DNA from: a virus
Lineage: Duplodnaviria; Caudoviricetes
IMG/VR virus record: IMGVR_UViG_3300012983_001373
Location: 39,621-103,620 of that record
DNA length: 64,000 nt
Direction: 5' to 3' (one strand)
A program made the position numbers and the translations under genes. A model generated the notes under the pieces. The model was not told the DNA's origin, did not search any database, and saw nothing but the letters and a program-made list of their open reading frames with translations. Of the stretch, positions 43,001 to 52,500 are shown in pieces. Numbering within the stretch: position 1 is the stretch's first letter; every line of letters starts with the position of its first letter.

Positions 43001-46000
43001 ATCTTATCTATGTTTTCTTTAGCCATATCCCTATCTATAACATAAGAAGATCTTAAAGTGTTTAACTCTTGGTCTCCTAATTTCATTAAATGACCTGTTT
43101 CTTCTAAATCACGTACCTTATTTTTTAAATCACCTATTCTAACATTATAATCGTCTATCATAAGCTGAGCCATGAAGTCTCCTTCAGGAGCAGCATTATT
43201 TTTATCTATATATTGTTGTCTTTCAGCTTTTAGTTCTTTTATTTTTTTAAGAACATCTACATACTCATTAGTCATACCAGATTGAGTTTCAGGGTCAATA
43301 ACAATACGATTGCCTGCAGCACCCATAGGAAGTATAGTATTGTCTTTATCTCCTACATACCACATACGTCCTATTATCTCTTCTACTTCACCTGCGTTTT
43401 TACCGTGTTTTATTTCTCTCTTATGAACAAATCTGTCTTGCATAGGAGCACCTTGTTGTCCTAACCATTCATCAGCTTCACGGAATAACGCTTCTAATGT
43501 ATCTGTATCTACTGTATCTCCATTTATGCTTTGGTCAAATAATTGTCCATTCTCAAACATTAAATGTCCGTTGACATTGAATAATTTTTTACCTTGAGTT
43601 TTAGGGTCAACACCTGCTTCTCTAGCTGGTTTAAAGAATTGATATTTGTCGTTGTACATTTCAACGAATTTATCAAGACCTAATTTACGAGTTTCAGCGT
43701 TTTCTACTTTTTCATCAGAACTATACTTACCAAGCATAGCTACAAGTTCATTAAGAGAACCAACCATCATTGTACCTTTGTTACCATGGCCTGATATATT
43801 ATCGTTCCCTATAGCTGCTATACCAGGAAGAACACCTTTTTTACCAAATAACATTTCTGTTAATACATAACTTTCTTCTTGTGCAGCTTCGAATAACTCA
43901 TCTATAGTTTTGAATCCACCTGCTTTAAGAGCGTCCATAAGTCTTTCTTCGTCTTTAAACATTGCTTTAAATGCTTGTGGAGTTGGAGTAACGTTACCTA
44001 TTAATTCTTGAGGTATACCGCCATAAGCATCCATGACTTTAGCTATATCTTCATTTAAGTATCCCATTCTTATACGTGCTAAATGGTTCATAGATTTTTC
44101 TGATTCATCTATAAGTATTTTAGGAAGAGTAGTCTTATTGATATCTTCTATAGTATAAGCAGCTTTTAATCCTTCTTTTTCAAAGATATCCATCGCTCTA
44201 CTCAACATAGAGTTACGGTTGTTTATATCAACATCTTTGAACATACCTATGTTTTTATTAAGTACTTCAGTTATTTGTTTATCAGAAAGTCTTACGCCTT
44301 CTTCACTACGTACAGTAAATTCTAATAAACCATGATTCATTTTATTAACCCAATCAGTTGTACCACCACCGAATTGAGCATAAGGTATAACATCTTCACC
44401 ATGTTTTAAAATTTCTCCCGTTACAGAAGTATATTCTAATACTCCTTCTGGAGACATTTTTACATTTCCTAATAAATTATAAAGACGCTCATATTTATCG
44501 TTAAGTATCTTTTGACTTTTAATATTCTCAGGTAAACCTATATTAATAAAGTCTTTACCTTTTGATAATGTTTGCACATTAGCTGCTATTGTTCCACCAG
44601 TAAGTTCATCAAACATTTTGGCATTGAATACCTTTTGTTGTTCAAATGTATTCATTATAGAATACGCCATTTCATAAACGTTTTTCTTTTTAGCTTCTGT
44701 TAAGAAATCCCAATTGTTTTCTCTTAATACTTTATCCATATTTGTGTCAAGTAAAGCTTCTATACCTGCTTGTCCTGTGTATAAAGTACGAGCTGTAAAT
44801 GTAGATGTAAGCTCTCCTATTCCTGCAACAGATGTATAGTTAATTACTTTGTCTTGTGCAGATTCAAATAATGCACCTTTATAAAATAAAGTATCTGCTT
44901 TGGCAGCAACTGCATCAATTGCTTCAGATGCTAAATAATAAGTATGACCTGCAGCAGTATGTTGTGGACGTCCCCCATTTGAGAATGCATTCATTAAACC
45001 AGTTTCAAATCTTAGTCCAGCGCCCATAGTAATTCTTCTTGAATAATTAGATTTATCTTTAGATGCACTGTTTAAGAAAGATGCTATGAACTTAGAATCT
45101 TCAGTACCTGTTTGACTCATTTCTCTTACTATTTGAGGCCAATAACTACCTATAAGATTCATAACAGCAGGGTCTAAATCTCCTGGTTCTAATGTTTTAC
45201 CACTTAACTTAGTACTAAGTAATTCTTTTACATTGTCAGGTAGTTGTAATTGTTCACCTATATGTCTAAGGCTACCGTTTTCTCCAAATATTTCTGGTAG
45301 TAATTTATCAAGATTATTTGTTTGTACTTTATAGTTGGCTAAATGATCACCTGGAGTATATTCATATCCAGCTTGTTGTAGTATGTCTTTACCAACTTTT
45401 TTACTATATCTTCCAAACGTAGCTATATCAAATTCTCCATTTTTTAAATCTCTTTCTAATCTTCTAGTTACTGCTTTATTAGAATGAGATAATTTCCCTA
45501 AGTTAGTCGTTACAAATGAATTCCCATTACTATCCCAATCCATTACAGGCATAAGACCAAACTCTTGATTTCCTACTTTAGCAACTAAACTTTGACCTTG
45601 CAAATGAACTTTAGGTATATGTTCAAAATCAATAGCTTTGTCTCCATATTTAAAAGCCAATTCTCCATTTCCACCTATAATCATTCCTCCGTTAGGAACA
45701 ACAGAACCAGCTTTTATTATATCAAATAATTGATTAGATATATCTTCTTCTACCTTGTTGTATAAAATAGTCTTATGTTTCTTTTGTATAAAGCCTAGAC
45801 CATCTATAGCTTTTTCGTATTCTGCTCTGTCTGGCATATAGTGTCCTAATACATTTGTTTTAACAAAAGCCATAAGTTTTTTATCAGACATTTTTGATAT
45901 ATCTTTTTTTCTATTAGTACTAGCGATTATTTCAGATATAAAACCTTCTCTTTTTCCTATACCATTTAAAGCGATATTGAAGTTTTCATCTACGACTTCT

Positions 46001-49000
46001 AAAGAAAAAATATTTGATTCTTTAATAATACCTTTAGACATATTCTTTTCTTTCTCATAAGCCATAGCTTTTACTACGTCTAAAGCAGTATTGGAAACGT
46101 TAAAATCTCGTGTGTTTTCAGTTATTTCTCGTGCGGCTTTTTCTAAATAAGGATTATCGTTTATATCAAAATCTTCACTCTTAACAAGAGTTCTTATGAA
46201 TTGAGCAACAGCATCTCTTTCATAAACTTCTGGATTTTGAGATAAATCTAAATCGCCATATCTTTGTTTAACAAGTTGTTTTACTAATGTAAATTGTTCA
46301 TTGTTTCTTTTCGTATTAACAGTGATTACATTACTATAATCATTCACATTAGACATAGTAAGAACTTGATTAACCTTAGATCTCTCTAATGCAAATTCTT
46401 CAGGTAGTCTAAATTCATATCTCTGTTTAAGATTATAAACTGTGTCATGTGCAATAGAAGAATTAGTTGCAGCTCTCATTAGTTTGACAGGGTCATCTTT
46501 ATACATTTCTTCTGCAACTCTAGCTTGTGCTGTTTCAACTACTTGTAAGAACATTTCGTTCTGCTCAGCAAATGTAAGATTGTGTTTAGTTGCATACTCA
46601 GATACTTCTTTAGTAACTGCAGCATAGAAATCTTTACGGTCGCTCATATATTCATAAGCAGTTGCAGCAGGTCTAGCCGTATTAGAAGAGATTTTAGTTT
46701 TGCCAGTTTTTTTATCTTTAAAGCCGTATAAATCTTGTAAGATTTTAGCAGCTTCTTTTAATTCATCATCGTCAAAACTCTTAGGAGATTGAGTTAGTAA
46801 ACTTACAATGTCTTCTGCATCAGCATTCTCTCCAAATTTTTTAGTGATATACTCATGTGCTTTTAAGAACTTTTTAGTATTATGATATGCTTTTTCTCCT
46901 CTTAAATACTTATTTCTAAAACGGTCAGATGCAAGAGTGGATGAACTTTTTGTAGTTGCAAGATTAACTAACTCTTCGTCAGTAAACTTGTTTCCTATTA
47001 TACCAACCATTCCATCTTGAACAACCCCTACATTTAAGATGTCTCTAGCCTCGTCTCCTGTTACTTTCCACTTACCAGCCCCACCTTCTGCTACCATTGT
47101 TAGGTTAGCTATAAAGGCAGATACATCGTCTTCTGATGCAAAGTTTTGTACATATAACATATCGTCATAACCTTTACCTGCATTCTGTCCTACAGCCAAT
47201 CTCATATGAACTTGGAATAATTCAGGGCCACTTAATTCAGGTACAAGTCTACCTAAATCTTCAGGTAGGTCTTTTGTATTAATTTTTTTAATTGCTTCTA
47301 TTGTATAAAATTGTCCTTGATTTAATTCTGTCCCCATGTAAAAATTATCTTTTACTGCAGGAGCTAAATTATCAAGATTCATTTTATAATTTGAACTGGT
47401 AAAGACTTCCCCAGTTACAGGATTGACTGTGTAATTAAATAATCCTTTACCTTGGAAATCACGTCTAGTACCTTTTCTAGCATAGAATAATTGTTCGCCA
47501 GGTTTTATTTCTTTACTGTCAAAAGTTAAACCTTGTAAGCCTACGCCACCTGCATCAGTCATAAAATAATCAAATAATGATTCATATTGTTTACCATTGA
47601 CTTCTATGCTTCTAGTAAATACATCTTCAAGTACTAATGTATCGAAGTCTGCCATGTGAGCAATACCGTCTTCAAAACGGTCTTTGAACCAAGCTTCACC
47701 TATATACTCTTGCCCAGATGTTTTACCTTTTGCCTTTTTAATTATACCAGCGTCATTATTTAATAATGTTTCTGTACCAAACGCATTTTTAATAGCATTA
47801 AATACAGGAAGAGAGTCCAGGAAGTTATCTTTAGGAACACTAAATCCAACTTGCCCTCCAAATGCCTTCTCATAATGTTCTACTATCTGTTTAGCTTGAG
47901 AAGAAGTAACGCCTAATAAATCTCTGTATGTTCTATCTAGAGTTTCTTGAGATGCCATTTTATAACCATACATCACTCTACTTAACTCTGTGTTCATTAC
48001 ACGCATATCGAAAGGTCCATGGTTTTGACCAATAACCATACCTAAATCTGCTTTACTCATATTGTTCATTTCTATAGTAGCATCCATTAAAGCAGCTATC
48101 GAATTCTTAACTCCCATATCGTTTACTGGAGTTGTGTCGTGTACTTTTCTTAACTTCTCCCAACCTTCTTTAAAATTCTCTAAACTTAAAAAGTCTTCTG
48201 CATTAACATCAGATAAACTTTCCATAACATAATAACCCTTTTGAGGATCTAGTTTAACTACTGTGCCTTTATGAGAATAAAGAGCCATACGAGATGCAGT
48301 GACACGATATTTTTCATTAGCCATGATTGCATCAGTATCGCCTTTTTCAAGTAGTTTAACAATATCATCATAAAGCTTTTTGTTCTCAGGTGTTTCTTGT
48401 ATCCCTAAAACTATATTTGTATTTTTAATATCTTTAGTTTCAAGATTTATATCTCTCATAGAGAATTCTGTTATACCAGACGGATCCCATACACCTGATT
48501 GGTTTTTACCACCGATAGTTTCTGTATCGAATATATATAAATGTCTACCACCAGGATTCTTTTTAAATTCTTTTAACTTTTCATATTTTTTATTTACATC
48601 TACAAGAGAAGCTGTTAAGCCTACTTGTTGATTAGACCAAGCAAATGTTTTAGATACGTCTTCAGTATTTATAAGTCCAGCGTATACATCAAAGAATCCT
48701 CTTGATTGTAATTGTTGAACTAATTTAGAGATTCTTTTATCTTCTACATTTACTCCGCCTATTGGATTTATTTTTTTAGTATTTATAATATCTATGCCAT
48801 TACCATCATATAGATTTATTGACTTAGGTTTAAATATATCTTCCATTTCTTCTTGATAATTAAGAACGTTAGTAGCTTTTTTAGGAGTTGTTCCTTCCAT
48901 ATTCTGCTTACGTATTTCTGCAGCCTGTTTTACTTTACGTTGTAAGGTAACAGGATTTAAAGGAGCATTAGTAAATTGTTTCTTTTTATTATAACGAGCC

Positions 49001-49002
49001 AA
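40054..49002 (-). CDS. Putative virion-associated single-chain two-barrel RNA polymerase with an N-terminal DEDDh 3'-5' exonuclease domain
   Basis: 2982 aa, TTG with AGGTGGTGA RBS. Beta'-like R2327YP and N2364ADSDGD. Beta-like H1739GNKG or K1628-x7-K1636. Exonuclease motifs FD159TE161T, QNHGPFD332 and AH449MADFD454. C-terminal hydrophobic helix. Confidence 0.75.
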   Translation of the reverse strand: MARYNKKKQFTNAPLNPVTLQRKVKQAAEIRKQNMEGTTPKKATNVLNYQEEMEDIFKPKSINLYDGNGIDIINTKKINPIGGVNVEDKRISKLVQQLQSRGFFDVYAGLINTEDVSKTFAWSNQQVGLTASLVDVNKKYEKLKEFKKNPGGRHLYIFDTETIGGKNQSGVWDPSGITEFSMRDINLETKDIKNTNIVLGIQETPENKKLYDDIVKLLEKGDTDAIMANEKYRVTASRMALYSHKGTVVKLDPQKGYYVMESLSDVNAEDFLSLENFKEGWEKLRKVHDTTPVNDMGVKNSIAALMDATIEMNNMSKADLGMVIGQNHGPFDMRVMNTELSRVMYGYKMASQETLDRTYRDLLGVTSSQAKQIVEHYEKAFGGQVGFSVPKDNFLDSLPVFNAIKNAFGTETLLNNDAGIIKKAKGKTSGQEYIGEAWFKDRFEDGIAHMADFDTLVLEDVFTRSIEVNGKQYESLFDYFMTDAGGVGLQGLTFDSKEIKPGEQLFYARKGTRRDFQGKGLFNYTVNPVTGEVFTSSNYKMNLDNLAPAVKDNFYMGTELNQGQFYTIEAIKKINTKDLPEDLGRLVPELSGPELFQVHMRLAVGQNAGKGYDDMLYVQNFASEDDVSAFIANLTMVAEGGAGKWKVTGDEARDILNVGVVQDGMVGIIGNKFTDEELVNLATTKSSSTLASDRFRNKYLRGEKAYHNTKKFLKAHEYITKKFGENADAEDIVSLLTQSPKSFDDDELKEAAKILQDLYGFKDKKTGKTKISSNTARPAATAYEYMSDRKDFYAAVTKEVSEYATKHNLTFAEQNEMFLQVVETAQARVAEEMYKDDPVKLMRAATNSSIAHDTVYNLKQRYEFRLPEEFALERSKVNQVLTMSNVNDYSNVITVNTKRNNEQFTLVKQLVKQRYGDLDLSQNPEVYERDAVAQFIRTLVKSEDFDINDNPYLEKAAREITENTRDFNVSNTALDVVKAMAYEKEKNMSKGIIKESNIFSLEVVDENFNIALNGIGKREGFISEIIASTNRKKDISKMSDKKLMAFVKTNVLGHYMPDRAEYEKAIDGLGFIQKKHKTILYNKVEEDISNQLFDIIKAGSVVPNGGMIIGGNGELAFKYGDKAIDFEHIPKVHLQGQSLVAKVGNQEFGLMPVMDWDSNGNSFVTTNLGKLSHSNKAVTRRLERDLKNGEFDIATFGRYSKKVGKDILQQAGYEYTPGDHLANYKVQTNNLDKLLPEIFGENGSLRHIGEQLQLPDNVKELLSTKLSGKTLEPGDLDPAVMNLIGSYWPQIVREMSQTGTEDSKFIASFLNSASKDKSNYSRRITMGAGLRFETGLMNAFSNGGRPQHTAAGHTYYLASEAIDAVAAKADTLFYKGALFESAQDKVINYTSVAGIGELTSTFTARTLYTGQAGIEALLDTNMDKVLRENNWDFLTEAKKKNVYEMAYSIMNTFEQQKVFNAKMFDELTGGTIAANVQTLSKGKDFINIGLPENIKSQKILNDKYERLYNLLGNVKMSPEGVLEYTSVTGEILKHGEDVIPYAQFGGGTTDWVNKMNHGLLEFTVRSEEGVRLSDKQITEVLNKNIGMFKDVDINNRNSMLSRAMDIFEKEGLKAAYTIEDINKTTLPKILIDESEKSMNHLARIRMGYLNEDIAKVMDAYGGIPQELIGNVTPTPQAFKAMFKDEERLMDALKAGGFKTIDELFEAAQEESYVLTEMLFGKKGVLPGIAAIGNDNISGHGNKGTMMVGSLNELVAMLGKYSSDEKVENAETRKLGLDKFVEMYNDKYQFFKPAREAGVDPKTQGKKLFNVNGHLMFENGQLFDQSINGDTVDTDTLEALFREADEWLGQQGAPMQDRFVHKREIKHGKNAGEVEEIIGRMWYVGDKDNTILPMGAAGNRIVIDPETQSGMTNEYVDVLKKIKELKAERQQYIDKNNAAPEGDFMAQLMIDDYNVRIGDLKNKVRDLEETGHLMKLGDQELNTLRSSYVIDRDMAKENIDKMLNEADPIRRKELEETITAIGALDDTGDEVNTFGFLRKQLEDQVYYNPLTEDVLTEDMLKQDKYKHLKEVYDAFTEQQLAPELGVDSAQKMYDMRSISKAKNFNNLNQAITVDEMIDMGFTEMSPSEYINTFGSGSSATYDSMVKQNTLLNLGDDFGTYKYVAIPGMGIELPEGEVKRDWHKLAGRLADQYKDYQAVHGNEELAPQLKENIINTIDEINESLNKFTNKNTAAHQIAQQRIYVATDRNKILTTMNTSKNPLLQQATFEGKTLAELTEQGIHIDYSFDSMEAFEKRGFFDQDYLDKLGMTKDEMIEHLKTKGTVMVDDRYPNIRDYSLVSTRHYLNDTVQAPNATLMSPITALKMNADSDGDSVSRFMVEHKGVNHLEYELAREQTISTMGNMQFDTRDAREAYIREQTIANGFDEEVYDVFKRIDTKMAQDATGVNRYYNTKVLDKVLGDNEKVLSAQAISRGGKSVVSAVDGGGSILGHITLSTLAHDPTFAEVADNEKLVNQMIGIVRQSGDLLADKSKYSELFGDADNILAMKNEGKALDQALMAMQELKDMNLNSLGIDDAVMEGAQNAAIQRLKIGGYLSEAMSKTGIAATGNVNSTLYGITQTAKAYYGNPNSEMFDLRKSAIISKVADEFEQAPISSKKVAIKAGDDRLIEFGDIFSRIKKQGLEHAEVQGEYTNRELLHNWMTQYIDEGKLADKYDELATQVSGMDLTDKTAKAQYMINEYIDISGHLLDRKASPSTRSMIDSFGKFGRSGNYDSVLEDAIGMFDTDSTMMGKAIEMATWQKTSKSHNTHFQRAVENEQKIAQDNIKRAMGDAADNLTSRQTVEALSEVVGNNISKMVMNSSGSLGKNMAMGVLGLASGLLIAGYASGNPLNDANAETITQETQKNPPLNFGSTPPPEMTPNNTGGYIININGDTKKGNRQLKKALKQVANSSVGGGVNVNMNIKTSRSGGYNDKDIENVLNDYF

Positions 49003-49016
49003 TATATCACCACCTT

Positions 49017-49030
49017 CTAATACATATTAC
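49017..49030 (-). promoter_or_regulatory. Putative phage late promoter motif GTAATA-N5-TAG
   Basis: Minus strand GTAATAtgtatTAG, directly before the RBS of the RNAP-like gene. Confidence 0.55.
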
Positions 49031-49035
49031 ACAAT

Positions 49036-49065
49036 AAGAAAAGGGCACAACTTGCGTTGGCCCTT
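49036..49065 (-). terminator. Intrinsic terminator with a GCAA tetraloop
   Basis: Minus strand AAGGGCCAAC-GCAA-GTTGTGCCCTT followed by TTCTT. Confidence 0.8.
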
Positions 49066-49069
49066 AAAT

Positions 49070-49537
49070 TTAATTTAAGTAATCTTCCACTTCTTTTCTA
49101 TATTTTATTGGAATGTCATCTATGGATTTTAAATCTCTTTCAACCATAGCTGCATAAAATCTACCCATAGGAGTTAATCCAGAACTTTCATTTAACATCA
49201 TTACTGAACCCATCATAGCATCCATCATAGAAAACATTTCATCTGCTGCTGTAAATAATATATCAAGCATCTCATTAGTTTCGTTTTGATTATTTTTTAT
49301 TTTTGTTATTTCACTTGTTTCTACTGATTGTCCTTTCTCGTTTATATATACTACACCATAATTATCTATTGAATCATATGGACTTAAATATACTTTATCA
49401 AGATGTCTTGAATTGTCAGAAGAAAAGATTTTGAATCCTTCTTTTGCTTCTAATATTCTTAATCCTGCTTTACCTATAGGAGAGTAAAGGACATAGCCTT
49501 CACCCTCTTGTATTATTTTTTTATCATGGTTTATCAT
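49070..49537 (-). CDS. Tail fibre assembly chaperone-like protein with a C-terminal CD1375/XkdX-like motif
   Basis: 155 aa. C-terminus FYAAMVERDLKSIDDIPIKYRKEVEDYLN. Lies immediately after the giant fibre gene. Confidence 0.65.
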   Translation of the reverse strand: MINHDKKIIQEGEGYVLYSPIGKAGLRILEAKEGFKIFSSDNSRHLDKVYLSPYDSIDNYGVVYINEKGQSVETSEITKIKNNQNETNEMLDILFTAADEMFSMMDAMMGSVMMLNESSGLTPMGRFYAAMVERDLKSIDDIPIKYRKEVEDYLN

Positions 49538-49552
49538 TCAATCCCCTCCTTT

Positions 49553-52500
49553 TTATTGAACTGTCCAACCTTTTTCTATTGCTATTGCTAATTGATCGTC
49601 TGAAAGTTTTGCTAAGTTTTCTTCACCTATAAATAACTTTTTAACGCTGAATGTTTTTACTAAGTTGTTGAATATAGAAAGTAAAGAATCTACTGATAAA
49701 TTAATACAATCATCTATATAGAATAATGTATCATTTATATTTTTAAATGAAATAAAATCTGTTAGCCATTTACAGTTATAGAATATACCTGCATAACCGA
49801 AGTCTACATTTATAACATCCCAAGCTGATAAATCTATTGTTCTTGTTGCATCTGATTCTACATTCCAATGATGAGCAAACATAAATGCTACACTTTGTAA
49901 ACTTGCTATATTCCAACTATTAAAGAATGAGTAATCTGCTAAACGGAATCCTCCGAACATATAACTCATGTCTTTTACATTGCGAACATCCCAATTTTTT
50001 ATAGCAGAACCATCTTTGCTTGTAGAATCATTGTAACCATATCCTCCAACAGCATAGAACATAGAGTTCATATTAGTAACACTAGATACATCCCAATCTT
50101 CTAATCCTGCAAGTGTCGTTATTTTACTTTCACCTTCAACACAGAACATATGTTTCATAGTTGTTACTTTTGAAGTTTTCCAATTCTTTAACGGAGTTAA
50201 ATTAGAAAGCTTTTTACATTCATAGAACATATAAGCCATATCTGTTACATTCTCTGTTTCAAAATTAGCTAAACCACTTATGTCTTCAAGTTCAAGACAT
50301 CCTCTGAACATACCGTTCATATTATAAACATTCTTTGTAGAATATGATTCTAAAGCGCTTATATCTTTTAAACTACTCCATCCTGCAAATAATTCTTTAA
50401 AGTTTAAACCGTCAATAGAAGACCAATTTGCTTTATTGAATATAGGAATTAATAAGTCTAAAGATTCTAATCTTGATTGACAACCTAAAATATCAATTGA
50501 AGGTATTTCTACAAATGTATCACAGATTAGCTCTACTTGAGAGTCAGTTAAATTCACATTATTAAATAATTTACTCATAGATTTTACTTTAGTTGTATCT
50601 ATCTTAGATAAGAAAGCAAATATAGCATCAAAGCTTAAAGAAGAACAATTATAGAATGCTTTGCTTATGTCTGTAACATCTACAGGTTCTAAACTATCTA
50701 AACCTATTATATCTGTAACATTAGATGCTCCATAGAATAAACCTGACAAGTTTGCTCCTATAATCATATCAGTAACATCTAGAGTAGTAAGTACGTCACA
50801 GCTAGCAAAGATATTGTCTCTATTAACTACTTTGGAAGTATCCCATCCATTCATGCCAATTGATTGTAATACTTGACAACCATAGAACATAGATGACATA
50901 TCCGTTACGTTAGAAAAATCCAATTCTTCCAATCCAATAATATCTGTTAAGCTATACATTAAATAGAATGCTTTACTACAAGTTTCTAATTCTACTCCTA
51001 CTAGATTAGTTAAATCAATAGAAGTAACATTATTTAAACCTACGTTATCATTATTAGTATAAGTATTTCTTATACCACGAGCATTAGAATCACATTTATA
51101 ATCCGCAGGAATTTCTGTTATTTTAGTTATTGAAATACCTTCTCTAGAATTTAATTTTGGCTTCTTAAGTTTTACAGTATACACTCCATGCTCGTCATAA
51201 GTATGTCTACATAAATAAGTTCCTGATGATAGTGAGTTGGCAACTGTTAAATCATCTTCTCTGCCATCTCCCCATAAAACAGCACCTTCATTTGATACTG
51301 TAAACGATACAGTTAAAGATTCTAATAGGAGAGTATCTATTACAACTTCTAAAGTATCTTCAAATTTAAATGCTAATCCTCCCCAGTTTTCAGGAATAGA
51401 TGTAACTCTATCTTTTACTCCATCTATTTTATCTATATTAACACCTGTATAGCAATCTATATGGTTTTCTCCTAAATCAGTATATTCTTTGTTCCAGTTA
51501 GATACTATTTCTTTCATTCCTGCACAGTTTTTAAAACACTCTGTAACATTAGTTGCCCATATAGGGAATTCTATATCTTTATATAATGAAGAGCAGTTTC
51601 TGAACATTCCTGAAAAATCTGTCATTTCTTCTTTTATATCTGTCATAATTATTTCTTTTACTTTACTGTTTCCATAATATGAAGAAGTATATAAGAAGCT
51701 ATTTACTTGTTTAGGATATCCCCAAGTTATATTATTTAATACAATAGTTTTTTCAACAGTATTTCCCCATAAGTTATTAGGTGTGTTATTGAAATTAGAG
51801 AAATCCCAACCAGATAAATCAAAGTATTCCATTGGTACAGAATAGAATAAACCATTAACTGTACGTACATTCTTTGTGTCCCAAGTATTTAAACCAATTA
51901 TATTTTTTAATGCTATACAATTATAGAACATATTATCTATATTAATAACATGACTGTTAACTAAATTAGAAACATTTGCTGTTTGTAATAATTGACAATC
52001 ATAGAATAAATTTCTTAAAGAATAAACTATATCACTTTCTTCATCGTTATTTAATTTCCATCCGCTTAAGTTTATTTCTTTAACTTTAGTTCTTGCGAAT
52101 ACTGAATATATAGATGTACAAGAAGTTAAATCCCAATTTTCAGCTCCTGTAAAATCAGTTATACCAGAACCATCAAATGTTGATTCTAAAAATTCTAAGC
52201 CTGATGTATCCCATAGATTCATACCTGATAAAGCTGTTAATTTTGGACAATTGTAGAATACAAAACCTAGTTCTTTACATACATTATGAACTTTAAAGTT
52301 TTCTACTGTATCTAAAACTTCACAACCTGAGAATGTATTATTAAATACAGTACATTGAGATAAGTCTCCAAACTTAATTGTTTTAAGTTTTTTATTATCT
52401 ATAAACGTTCTAGATAAATCAGTTGGAATACCACATGTAAAATCAACATATTCTAAGTTTTTACAATCACTGAACATATTAGTATAATCAATAGGTGTAT

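Noticed and set aside
40054-49002. Calling the 2982-aa gene rpoB/rpoC or a DNA polymerase
   Set aside because: Only minimal catalytic motifs match, with no extended similarity to cellular subunits visible. No family A, B or C DNA polymerase motifs were recognised despite the exonuclease domain.
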